This document shows positions 17,277 through 26,341 of a stretch of 64,000 nucleotides of DNA, one piece after another. This DNA is from a virus (Duplodnaviria; Caudoviricetes), in the IMG/VR virus record IMGVR_UViG_3300028561_000007, positions 2,815 through 66,814 of that record; one strand, 5' to 3'. A program made the translations under genes and the position numbers. Numbering within the stretch: position 1 is the stretch's first letter; each line of letters opens with the position of its first letter. The notes below the pieces were generated by a model that worked only from the letters and a program-made list of their open reading frames with translations, was not told the origin of the DNA and did no database searches.

Positions 17277-17894
17277 ATGCAAACTGTAAAAATTAACAAG
17301 GCAACCGAAATTATCAGACGAAAGGTAGAATTATGCGGAATCACGGATCTGATGTTCGACCGCTACGCAGGCGACAACGACACAAAACTAGAATGCTGGC
17401 AAAAACTGTATTTTCTTCCGGGAAATTCCAAAACTATTACCATACCGGCCCTGAACATTATGTCGTTCTTGTCGGCCCACAATACCAATTCTGCGCCCAA
17501 ACGACTGAGGGATAAGAGAAAATTCAAAGATATTTGCAACGCTTGTTTATCGTTTGTTCAAATATCGCCCGCTTATATCCCAATTTTACGAAATGGAAAA
17601 CCCATTGAGTTTGGGAAATTTGAAGGGGATTTCGACCTAAAAAGTAAAATCTACATTCATCGCTCAGTGGCTCGATTGGATAAAGGCATTCCAAATCCAA
17701 AAGAGCGGCCTACATTGCCTACGCCATGGTCGATTGAATTTGAATTATCCCTTTTCCCAAACCGTGAAATCAAAGAACAGGAAATCCTGAACCTGTTTGA
17801 AGAAGGCGGAAGGGCTCTTGGGATCGGCACATTTCGAGGTGTTTTTGGTAAGTTTTACGTCAATAAATGGGATTCTATTAAAGAGAAAGCATGA
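17277..17894 (+). CDS. Stand-alone Cas7/RAMP-fold-like protein (putative RNA-guided effector, VIPR-like)
   Basis: N-terminal KVELCGITDLMF strand, TIPALNIMSFL (cf. IPxSSxKG of Cas7/Csm3) and C-terminal Gly-loop GGRALGIGTFRGVFGKF; GAAAGGAAG RBS; GC visibly higher than its neighbours. Confidence 0.7.
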   Translation: MQTVKINKATEIIRRKVELCGITDLMFDRYAGDNDTKLECWQKLYFLPGNSKTITIPALNIMSFLSAHNTNSAPKRLRDKRKFKDICNACLSFVQISPAYIPILRNGKPIEFGKFEGDFDLKSKIYIHRSVARLDKGIPNPKERPTLPTPWSIEFELSLFPNREIKEQEILNLFEEGGRALGIGTFRGVFGKFYVNKWDSIKEKA

Positions 17895-18520
17895 GAAAAC
17901 CTTCCAGAAAAGGATCTAATTTTGAACGGGAAATAAGTAAAAGACTAGGGTTATGGTGGAGTAATGGGGAAAGGGACGATATTTTTTGGAGAACCAGCGC
18001 ATCTGGCGCAAGGGCTAAAATTCGTTCCTATTCTTCACAAAAGACTTTTGGACAATATGGAGATATACAAGCCATTGACCCTATAGGACAGCCATTATTA
18101 GATCTGATGACGATTGAAATAAAACGAGGGTATTCTGGTTTTTCTGTGTCTGATTTAATAGATAAATCAGATACTATGAAAATTCAACCGTATGAAGATT
18201 TTCTAATACAGGCCATAACAGACCATAAAAACGCAGGGACTCCATTCTGGGCTTTAATTACAAAAAGGGACAAAAGAACGTCCCTTATTTTTTTACCTTC
18301 TAAATTAGTACAGATGTTAAATATAAAAATAAACCAATATATGAAAATAAGACATTTACTTCCTTTTTATGAAATAAATAAAAAAAGAGAAAGAATATAC
18401 ACAAAACCAGAAATAATTTCTTTTTTTATTTTCCATTTAGAAGACTTTTTACAAATCGTTTCCGCTGATAATATAATAGAGATATTCAGGAAAATGAAAT
18501 GCAGAAAGAAAAAACAATAA
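17891..18520 (+). CDS. Holliday junction resolvase, Hjc-like PD-(D/E)XK nuclease
   Basis: KGSNFEREI..GDI..IEIKRG. Confidence 0.8.
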   Translation: MRKPSRKGSNFEREISKRLGLWWSNGERDDIFWRTSASGARAKIRSYSSQKTFGQYGDIQAIDPIGQPLLDLMTIEIKRGYSGFSVSDLIDKSDTMKIQPYEDFLIQAITDHKNAGTPFWALITKRDKRTSLIFLPSKLVQMLNIKINQYMKIRHLLPFYEINKKRERIYTKPEIISFFIFHLEDFLQIVSADNIIEIFRKMKCRKKKQ

Positions 18521-18645
18521 TTAGATGGTGCTTTGTTTGTGGAAAATTAAGTGAACTATCTATAAATGAAGCCAAAAATGATAAATGGATATGTAAACAT
18601 TGCAGTACAGAACATAGAAGACCTGTAGATATACGATATGAATAA
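18499..18645 (+). CDS. Small zinc-ribbon protein (48 aa)
   Basis: Read manually: CFVC...CKHC; overlaps both neighbours. Confidence 0.5.
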   Translation: MQKEKTIIRWCFVCGKLSELSINEAKNDKWICKHCSTEHRRPVDIRYE

Positions 18646-18934
18646 AACAAAAAGACTAAAAAAACTGTTAAGACAATGGACAAGAGCGGAGATTATGTCT
18701 CGTTTATCTACTTTTCCAAATGGGTATGCGTCAGATTTCTTTTCTAAGAAAATAGAAATCGAGGATGAAATCAGAGAGTTTTTATATGGAACTTCAGATT
18801 TAGTCGCATTAGGAAAAAAATGGAAATTATTAGCAGAAAAGAAACCTAAAATAGTACCGCTAAGTCGAATTGAAAAAAAGAGAATAGCAAAATCCAAAAA
18901 AGCAAAAAAGGAAATCCTTGAGTTTTTTTCATAG
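18638..18934 (+). CDS. Hypothetical protein
   Basis: 98 aa ORF in a tightly packed chain. Confidence 0.6.
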   Translation: MNKTKRLKKLLRQWTRAEIMSRLSTFPNGYASDFFSKKIEIEDEIREFLYGTSDLVALGKKWKLLAEKKPKIVPLSRIEKKRIAKSKKAKKEILEFFS

Positions 18935-18947
18935 TCAGGAGAATAAA

Positions 18948-19139
18948 ATGGAAGAAAAAAGAAAACCGAAAAACATAGAAAAAATGCTGAAATCTTTATT
19001 TCCGTGGGTGTTTGGAATTTTAACACAATATGATATTGATTATCATATGATAGATTGTGCAGGAATGACTGATGACCCAAAAGAGTTATCAGATATGGTA
19101 AAACGATTTAAAAGAACATTTCAGGAGATAGAACAATGA
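18948..19139 (+). CDS. Hypothetical protein
   Basis: ATG at 18948 with AGGAG RBS. Confidence 0.55.
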   Translation: MEEKRKPKNIEKMLKSLFPWVFGILTQYDIDYHMIDCAGMTDDPKELSDMVKRFKRTFQEIEQ

Positions 19140-19639
19140 CCTATGTATTGAGCGTAGTAATTTCGTCTTTATTTAGTTATCATTTTTTATCTCCAGATGA
19201 TCCTAATTTTTTATCTAGTATCGGCTCTTGTATTGTCGATCCAAATTGCAGAGAAGAATTGATTGAATATCTTCGTTTAGAAGATTTCTTAAATCGTTTA
19301 GAAAACGACCCAAATAGTATTGTTTATCCTACATTTTGGAGGAGAATACACGAGGTTAAAAGACAACGACTTCAAGCCATGTTTGAACATTGGTTATATC
19401 GAGATAAAATTCGTAAAGGATTTCAGCAACCAATACCATTTGACCCAAATGAAGTACGAGTAGAAGTGTATGGGCTTAATCGAGCATTAAATGTAGAAAC
19501 AGAATGTTTTATGAGGTGGTGGTTTGATGGAAACACCTATTGGGTTGATAAATATTATAAAATATATGATTCGTCTGATTTAAATAAAGATGGAATCGTA
19601 AATATGGAAGATTTTAATTTATTATTGAAAGGAAGATAA
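19136..19639 (+). CDS. Hypothetical protein with C-terminal dockerin/EF-hand-like motif
   Basis: C-terminal SDLNKDGIVNMEDFNLL. Confidence 0.6.
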   Translation: MTYVLSVVISSLFSYHFLSPDDPNFLSSIGSCIVDPNCREELIEYLRLEDFLNRLENDPNSIVYPTFWRRIHEVKRQRLQAMFEHWLYRDKIRKGFQQPIPFDPNEVRVEVYGLNRALNVETECFMRWWFDGNTYWVDKYYKIYDSSDLNKDGIVNMEDFNLLLKGR

Positions 19640-19640
19640 T

Positions 19641-20105
19641 ATGGAACAAATTGAAGTTTATTCTGATGTAAATATAAAATATCTAAAAAAATTTCCTTAT
19701 CATTTATTGGACAGTACAAGTGTATCAGATATTCAAAAAATATGGGAAACCACGTTTCATGAGACTTTATTAAATGCTGGAATAAAAGGTCATTTTTCTT
19801 TTAGTTCGCTTTCTAGAGAAGAAATAGGATATGAAGTTTATATCAATAATGTAATGTGTTTACATTCTTCTGTAGGCATAAAACCAAATCTTGAAAAGGA
19901 AGTCGAAAAACTTATTGCGTCAATATACGAATACGATGTTTGCGATGTAGAGCATTGCAATAGTATTTGTGCTGCAAGAGATCTGATTTCTGGTATTTTA
20001 CCGCTTTTATTAAAGAAAATTAAAGAAACTATAGAAATAGCGATTAAAAACAGCGATATGGCGGTAAAAAAATCGTTAAAAAACGAAATAAGGAGTATGA
20101 TATAA
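19641..20105 (+). CDS. Hypothetical protein
   Basis: 154 aa, AAAGGA RBS. Confidence 0.6.
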   Translation: MEQIEVYSDVNIKYLKKFPYHLLDSTSVSDIQKIWETTFHETLLNAGIKGHFSFSSLSREEIGYEVYINNVMCLHSSVGIKPNLEKEVEKLIASIYEYDVCDVEHCNSICAARDLISGILPLLLKKIKETIEIAIKNSDMAVKKSLKNEIRSMI

Positions 20106-20459
20106 ATGAAAATGTGTTGGTGTTGCGCTCAGTTTTATAAAAAAGACGATATTCATGATTATTTTTCGGAATCGTTAGGCGCGACCATATGCTGGAAATG
20201 TGCGAGAGATCATCGTTTAGATATTATAAAACGATGGGTGTTAATGTACCTTCATCTTTTTCCAGGAACATTTACATTACATACAAAACGAAAATTGCAT
20301 ACATGCGCTCTTTGCGATGGTAAAGGAAAAAAAGAAACGTTTAATCTTCGATTTTCAGAAATTGTTAGACGTAATATATGTACAGATTGCGATGAAGAAG
20401 CGATTGTTTGGAAATTGGTACGAGTTATTGACGCTTTAATCGAGGTAAAAATGCGATGA
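20106..20459 (+). CDS. Hypothetical multi-CxxC zinc-binding protein
   Basis: CWCC, CWKC, CALC and CTDC pairs. Confidence 0.6.
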   Translation: MKMCWCCAQFYKKDDIHDYFSESLGATICWKCARDHRLDIIKRWVLMYLHLFPGTFTLHTKRKLHTCALCDGKGKKETFNLRFSEIVRRNICTDCDEEAIVWKLVRVIDALIEVKMR

Positions 20460-20734
20460 AAACTTTAGGTCTTTTGCTTATTCTTCTTTTGGCTGGTTGT
20501 TCTCATCAACAGCAAGTAATTGACACATGGGTTGTTATGGATGGAAAACGACATTTAATTTCGCATGATATAATCAGCACTACAAAGGTGCTGTATTTTA
20601 GTAAAACTACAGATTTACATGTGAAACGAAAAGATATTGAAGTTAATGTCGGTTCATTAGAACAAAAACCGGATCCGGATACAATTAAAGCAATTATAGA
20701 AGGCGTGATTGCTGGTATAAAAAGCGGATTATAG
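20456..20734 (+). CDS. Putative lipoprotein
   Basis: Signal peptide with lipobox LLLAGC. Confidence 0.65.
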   Translation: MKTLGLLLILLLAGCSHQQQVIDTWVVMDGKRHLISHDIISTTKVLYFSKTTDLHVKRKDIEVNVGSLEQKPDPDTIKAIIEGVIAGIKSGL

Positions 20735-20778
20735 TACATATAAATTAAAATCATATCTTATACATCGAAAGGCATAGG

Positions 20779-20994
20779 ATGAGGCGTATCTATCGAGGGT
20801 GTAAATTCATTGAAGCAAAAAAAACATACACACATGGGAATAGTTGGTTTTGTATAGATAGTTTAACTGAAAAAATATTAGGTCGAATATATAAAATAGG
20901 GAAAAATCCATATGTTATTGAATTTTATAGGGATGCTGTTATACGAACTAGCACATTAAAAGCGGTTGAACATTTCTTAGGACAACTAGAATGA
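20779..20994 (+). CDS. Hypothetical protein
   Basis: 71 aa ORF in a chain. Confidence 0.5.
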   Translation: MRRIYRGCKFIEAKKTYTHGNSWFCIDSLTEKILGRIYKIGKNPYVIEFYRDAVIRTSTLKAVEHFLGQLE

Positions 20995-21164
20995 GTACGA
21001 TTTGCATATGGGCTGGGATTTTATTGTCTGTTGTTTTCTCTGTCTGCTTTACGGTTTGTTATTGTATTCATCAAATAACAGACGTTAAACGGCAAATTGT
21101 TTATTTATTATACGATATTAAAGAAGAAATATTGAAAATTATGAGAAAAAAGAATGATAATTAA
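20991..21164 (+). CDS. Small membrane protein (57 aa)
   Basis: Read manually: MSTICIWAGILLSVVFSVCFTVCYC...KKNDN*; its stop lies in the array-3 leader. Confidence 0.5.
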   Translation: MSTICIWAGILLSVVFSVCFTVCYCIHQITDVKRQIVYLLYDIKEEILKIMRKKNDN

Positions 21165-21251
21165 ATAGAAACACGGCAGGGCTTGGCTGGGCCTGGCGGG
21201 GCTTGGCATGGCTCGGCGTGGCAAGACAAGGCAAGGCAAGGTTGTTTTTAA
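21155..21251 (+). ncRNA. GGC-NN pentamer array 3 (identical to array 2)
   Basis: 21154-21243 is identical to 17140-17229 (90 bp); its 3' flank TGTTTTTAA matches array 1. Confidence 0.8.
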
Positions 21252-21257
21252 CAAATT

Positions 21258-22277
21258 ATGATTTCTAAAATAAAAATAAAAAACTTTAAGTGCCATAAAT
21301 TTATGGTATTACATTTTGATAAATATGTAACTACAATAAAAGGACATACCGATATTGGTAAAAGCACTATTATAAAAGCCATTCGATTAGTAACAAGAAA
21401 TAAACCGTCTGGAACTAGTTATATTTCTGACAATGAAAAAAAGACATCTGTCTTTTTATATGCAGATGGAATTAAAATAGGAAGAATCCGCAGTAAAAAA
21501 GAAAATCAATATAAAATAGGAGATAAAACATTAAAAGCATTTCGATCTGAGCCTCCAGAAGAAGTGAATAAAATATTAAACATATCCGATATGAATTTTC
21601 AAGGACAGTTTGATTACCCTTTTTGGTTTAAGGACACTCCCGGAGAAATATCAAAACGATTAAACTCTATTGTAAATTTAAGTATCATTGATTCTTCTTT
21701 ATCTAATATATCAAATAAAGTCCGTAATATTTCAAATAAATTAAAATTTACATCAAATAGAATAAAAGAAATAAACGAACAAAAGGATGATCTTGAATAC
21801 ACAATAAATATAGATAAAGACTTAAAAGAAATTGAAAAAATAAAAGAAGAAAATGATTTTTTACAAACAAAAATAGAGAAGATTTCTAAGATAATAAAAG
21901 GGGGAAACAAGCATCAGGAAACCATAAAAAAATTAAATTATTTTCAAAATGGATGGATAAATCTATCTAATGAATTTAAGAAACTTTATGAAATAAACGC
22001 AAACAACAAAATATTATCTGATATTTTACAAAATATAAAAGATAATACAGAAAATATAAAATCTATTCCAGAAATTCCATATGATATAAAAAATTTAATT
22101 GAAACTTGTTCTTTATTATCTTCTAAAAAAGACTCTATTTATAGAATTATATCTTCTATCAATGAACAAAAAATAAAAGAAAAAAAAGAAAATGAACGGG
22201 TATTATTTTTAGAAAAGAAAAGAAGGGACTTAATCAAAGGAAAATGCCCAATATGCCACAGAAAAATGGAAATATAG
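21258..22277 (+). CDS. Rad50/SbcC-like ATPase, N-terminal half (Walker A, coiled coil, Zn hook)
   Basis: KIKIKNFKCH, GHTDIGKS Walker A, Q-loop FQGQFD, terminal CPIC. Confidence 0.85.
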   Translation: MISKIKIKNFKCHKFMVLHFDKYVTTIKGHTDIGKSTIIKAIRLVTRNKPSGTSYISDNEKKTSVFLYADGIKIGRIRSKKENQYKIGDKTLKAFRSEPPEEVNKILNISDMNFQGQFDYPFWFKDTPGEISKRLNSIVNLSIIDSSLSNISNKVRNISNKLKFTSNRIKEINEQKDDLEYTINIDKDLKEIEKIKEENDFLQTKIEKISKIIKGGNKHQETIKKLNYFQNGWINLSNEFKKLYEINANNKILSDILQNIKDNTENIKSIPEIPYDIKNLIETCSLLSSKKDSIYRIISSINEQKIKEKKENERVLFLEKKRRDLIKGKCPICHRKMEI

Positions 22278-23197
22278 CCATTGCTATTGTTTGTTCTGAT
22301 TGGCACTTGTCTATTTCTCCTCCTGTATGGAGAAGTGCGGAAAAAGATTGGTTTTCCGCAATGGAAAGACCATTAAAAGAAATTTGCAACTTATCTGAAA
22401 AATTAGAATGTCCTATTATATGCGCTGGAGATGTGTTTGACCGATGGAATAGTCCACCTGAACTCATTAACTGGATAATTCAATTTTTCAATAATAGGAG
22501 AAATCGACCTACAATATATGCTATCCCAGGACAACATGATATGCCTCTTCATAACATGAAAAAATTAAAAAAGAGCGCATATTATACTTTAATTTTAAGC
22601 GGTATTATTCAGCCATTATCTTCAATTCCATTAGAAATAAAATCTAATGTAAAAATAACAGGATTTGGGTATGGAAAAAAAATAACAAAACCACACAACA
22701 CTGATTGTGTAAATATATCCGTAATTCATGAATATAACTGGATAGATGGAAAAGGATATAAAGACGCTGAAAACAAATCTAAAATAGGCAAACATAGAAA
22801 AGAATTATTGCAGTATAATACAGTTATTATAGGAGATAATCATAAAGGATTTTTTACTAAAATCAATAAAACAAATATATTTAATTGCGGTTCTTTAATG
22901 AGACTTCATTCCGACCAAAAAGATTATAAACCTAGAATAGGCATATTAAATGAAAATGGAAAAGTTGATCCTTATTATTTGAATATATCTGAAGATTTGT
23001 TTTTAGAAACAGAAATAAAACACAAAGAAGACACAGAAGAAACAGAAAAATCACTAATTCGGTTTTTTAGTGAAATGAAAAAACTAGGACACTCTACTTT
23101 AGATTTTGTTCAAGCATTGAAATACAGAATAGAAAAAGAAGATGTCACTAAACCTGTAAAAAAGATAATACAAAAAATTATAGAGGAGTCCGCATGA
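22244..23197 (+). CDS. Mre11/SbcD-like metallophosphoesterase nuclease
   Basis: SDWH, AGDVFD, PGQHD and GDNH motifs. Confidence 0.88.
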   Translation: MPNMPQKNGNIAIAIVCSDWHLSISPPVWRSAEKDWFSAMERPLKEICNLSEKLECPIICAGDVFDRWNSPPELINWIIQFFNNRRNRPTIYAIPGQHDMPLHNMKKLKKSAYYTLILSGIIQPLSSIPLEIKSNVKITGFGYGKKITKPHNTDCVNISVIHEYNWIDGKGYKDAENKSKIGKHRKELLQYNTVIIGDNHKGFFTKINKTNIFNCGSLMRLHSDQKDYKPRIGILNENGKVDPYYLNISEDLFLETEIKHKEDTEETEKSLIRFFSEMKKLGHSTLDFVQALKYRIEKEDVTKPVKKIIQKIIEESA

Positions 23198-23448
23198 AAA
23201 ACCTAACGGAACAATACAATGATCTTACAGAAAAAATAGAATTTGCTAAACAAATGTCAAATAAAGCGCATGGTGCAGTAGAACAACTGCTTTCTCAATT
23301 AAAAGCAGAATTTAATATAAATTCACTAGAAGAAGGGGAAGAACAGGTAAAGAAAATAAATAAAGAAATCAAAGATAAAGAAAAAATCATCGAACAAAAA
23401 TTAAATGAATTTCAAAAAAAATGGAAGGATGTTCTTGATGATTTCTAA
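23194..23448 (+). CDS. Small coiled-coil protein (possibly the missing Rad50 arm segment)
   Basis: 84 aa heptad-rich ORF between Mre11 and the Rad50 C-half. Confidence 0.6.
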   Translation: MKNLTEQYNDLTEKIEFAKQMSNKAHGAVEQLLSQLKAEFNINSLEEGEEQVKKINKEIKDKEKIIEQKLNEFQKKWKDVLDDF

Positions 23449-24025
23449 ATACAGAGAAAAAATAAATCCTTTATTAGAAAAATATTTACGATTAGAGGAT
23501 CAGTTAAAGGAAGAATTTGAAAATGAAAAACAAATAAAAAGAAAATATAAAGATACAATAAAAGCACAAAAAATAATACAGCAAATATCTCAGAAAATAC
23601 AGCAACAAGCGCATGAAAAAATAGCCGGAGTTGTTTCTTTATGTGTTCAATCTATATTTCCAGATAAAAATTATGAATTTAAAATTCTTTTTGAAAGAAA
23701 AAGAGGTAAAACAGAAGCGAAATTAGTGTTTTTTCAGGATGGAAAAGAAAGAAATCCTATTGAAGATACTGGAGGGGGCATTATAGATGTAGCGGCATTT
23801 GCTTTGCGATTATCTGGTATTATTTTATCAAAACCGCCTTTACGAAATATTATGTTTTTAGATGAACCGTTTAAGAATGTATCTAAAGAATATCAACATA
23901 ATGTAAAATTACTTTTGGAAAAAGTATCTAGAAAATTCAAAATTCAAATAATAATGGTAACACATATAGAAAATATTAGTTCTGGTAAAATAATAGATTT
24001 ATCTGATTTTTCAAGGATGAAATAG
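23405..24025 (+). CDS. Rad50/SbcC-like ATPase, C-terminal half (signature + Walker B)
   Basis: TGGGIIDVAAFALR signature-like motif, MFLDEPF Walker B/D-loop, IMVTH H-loop; true start is probably nearer 23438. Confidence 0.85.
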   Translation: MNFKKNGRMFLMISKYREKINPLLEKYLRLEDQLKEEFENEKQIKRKYKDTIKAQKIIQQISQKIQQQAHEKIAGVVSLCVQSIFPDKNYEFKILFERKRGKTEAKLVFFQDGKERNPIEDTGGGIIDVAAFALRLSGIILSKPPLRNIMFLDEPFKNVSKEYQHNVKLLLEKVSRKFKIQIIMVTHIENISSGKIIDLSDFSRMK

Positions 24026-24026
24026 T

Positions 24027-25163
24027 ATGAGATTAAAGTACGATGGTAAAAAATCAGAAAAAGACATATTATCTGAATCAATTTCTGTAAATATAGAAAA
24101 ATCAAATGATATATTATCTAAAAATAAATTATTTATAGGCGATAATTATTATACAATGAAATATATGCTAAATGAATTAAATATGCAATCTACAATAGAT
24201 CTAGTATATATTGATCCTCCTTTTTCTACAAATACTGTTTTTAGAATAAGTGACGATAAAGCAAATGCAGTTAGTTCTATTAAAAAATCCAGAATAGCAT
24301 ATGAAGACACATTAAAAGGAAAAGATTTTATAGAATATTTAAGAAAAAGGATAATTTTAATAAGAGAACTAATGTCCGAAACAGGGTCTTTTTATTTACA
24401 CATAGATTATAAAATTGGACATTATGTTAAAATAATATTAGATGAAATTTTTGGGATAAAAAATTTTAGAAATGACATTACACGAATAAAATGCAATTCA
24501 AAAAATTTTAAAAGAAAAGCATATGGGAATATAGAAGATTTAATTTTATTCTATACAAAATCTAAAGAGTACACATGGAATGGACCTAAAATAAAAATGT
24601 CTGAAGAAGAACTAAATAAATTATATAACAAAACAGATAGTAAAGGAAGAAAATATACAACTAATACTCTTTTTGCACCCGGAGAAACTGTACATGGCGT
24701 TACTGGAAAAGCGTGGAGAGGGGTTTCTCCTCCTAAAGGAAGGCATTGGATGTTTAAATCAGATAAATTAGAACAATTATATAAAGATGGGTTAATTGAC
24801 TGGTCAAAAACAGGAAATCCAAGACAAATAATATATGCAGATGAAAAAAGAAAAATAGGAAAAAAATTGCAAGATATATGGAACTATAAAGACCCACAGT
24901 ATCCAGAATACCCAACTCAAAAAAATAAAAAACTAATAGATTTAATCATATCTACTTCTTCTAACGAAAATGATTTAATTATGGATTGTTTTGCTGGTTC
25001 TGGAACAACTATATTTTCTGCTAGTCGATTAAACCGGAATTGGATAGGCATAGAAAAATCAGAAGAAGCAATAAAAATTATTATAAATAGACTATCAAAA
25101 ACAAAAAGATTGTCATTGTTTCATCCTTATAGTATTATATATGAAATGTATATGTGCCATTAA
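24027..25163 (+). CDS. DNA methyltransferase (N6A/N4C, beta class, Mod-like)
   Basis: YIDPPF catalytic motif; DCFAGSGTT SAM-binding motif. Confidence 0.9.
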   Translation: MRLKYDGKKSEKDILSESISVNIEKSNDILSKNKLFIGDNYYTMKYMLNELNMQSTIDLVYIDPPFSTNTVFRISDDKANAVSSIKKSRIAYEDTLKGKDFIEYLRKRIILIRELMSETGSFYLHIDYKIGHYVKIILDEIFGIKNFRNDITRIKCNSKNFKRKAYGNIEDLILFYTKSKEYTWNGPKIKMSEEELNKLYNKTDSKGRKYTTNTLFAPGETVHGVTGKAWRGVSPPKGRHWMFKSDKLEQLYKDGLIDWSKTGNPRQIIYADEKRKIGKKLQDIWNYKDPQYPEYPTQKNKKLIDLIISTSSNENDLIMDCFAGSGTTIFSASRLNRNWIGIEKSEEAIKIIINRLSKTKRLSLFHPYSIIYEMYMCH

Positions 25164-25398
25164 CACAAAAAAAGAAAGGAATCGGTGATGCTTATGCTTG
25201 ATTAAGTGGAATATACAGAAAAAATCGTGATGTACCCTATCATCAACCAAAACCGTATATTCCACTCCAAATGGATCAATTTTAGAGGTATGAAAATGGC
25301 GTCCTCTGTCCTCTTAAATGGGCTTTTGGAGGACAGAGGATTATAAAAATACTTATACTAGTATTTTAAAAACCATGTCAAAAAACAGCATATGAGGT

Positions 25399-26329
25399 GT
25401 GATTTTGGAAAATAAAATAAAATTTGACACAAAATTAAAAGCCCCATTTCCTTATTTCGGGTCAAAACGCATAATCGCCGATGTCGTATGGAAATACATC
25501 GGCGACGTGAAGCAGTACATCGAGCCGTTCTTCGGCAGCGAGGCTGTTCTTCTTCGCAGGCCGCCGTCAAAGCACAATACGCCCAATGAGATTGTCTGCG
25601 ACATAGACGGACGCATTGCCAACGTCTGGCGGGCTATTCAGTTTGCACCAGAAGAAACGGCTAAATGGTGTGATTGGCCAGTAAATCAAGCAGAATCAAC
25701 TGCAAGAAGAAAAACACTTATAAAAAAAGAACAATATTTATATAAAAATCTTATTAATGATCCAAAATGGTATGATGCAGAACTTGCTGGATATTAGATA
25801 TACTGTGCATCTTGTAATGCTAGAAACATGCAGGAAACATGGGATTGTTTACCTCATTTATTAACAAATCCAGGATGTATAAATAAAAATCCATATGAAA
25901 TACTTAAAAAAATAAAAAAATCGTATTCAAAATATAAAAGTTACTTGCGGACATTGGAAAAAAGTATTAAGTGGAAATTGGCAACTTGAGTTTGGAAAAT
26001 GTGGTGTATTTCTTGATCCTCCTTATTCTTTAAATATGAGACGTAGTAATATATACATAAAAGAAGATAAAAATATAAATAATGAGGTTGAAAAATGGTG
26101 TTTAGAAAAAGGAAAAGACAATCGCTTTCATATTGTGCTTGCAGGATATGAAGGAGAATATGAAAATTTAATAAAAGATGGATGGAGAATACATAAATGG
26201 AAAAGTAGCGGGGGATATAGTACTTATTCAAAAAAAGAAGAAATAACAAGGTCAAAAACAAATAAATACAGAGAGCGTTTGTTTATCAGTCCAGGATGTA
26301 TTTTGACAAAACAATCAAAACTATTCTAA
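25399..26329 (+). pseudogene. Disrupted DNA adenine methyltransferase
   Basis: PYFGSK and IEPFFGS in frame +1, then TAG at 25795 where Trp is expected (AGY*IYCAS). A shift to frame +2 in the A-run near 25907-25920 restores RIQNIKVTCGHW..GVFLDPPY. Confidence 0.75.
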
Positions 26330-26341
26330 AAGGACATTAAA

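Noticed and set aside
25795-25797. TAG recoding (alternative genetic code)
   Set aside because: Many intact genes end in TAG (e.g. 4457, 15045), and the same gene also has a frameshift, so pseudogene is the simpler explanation.
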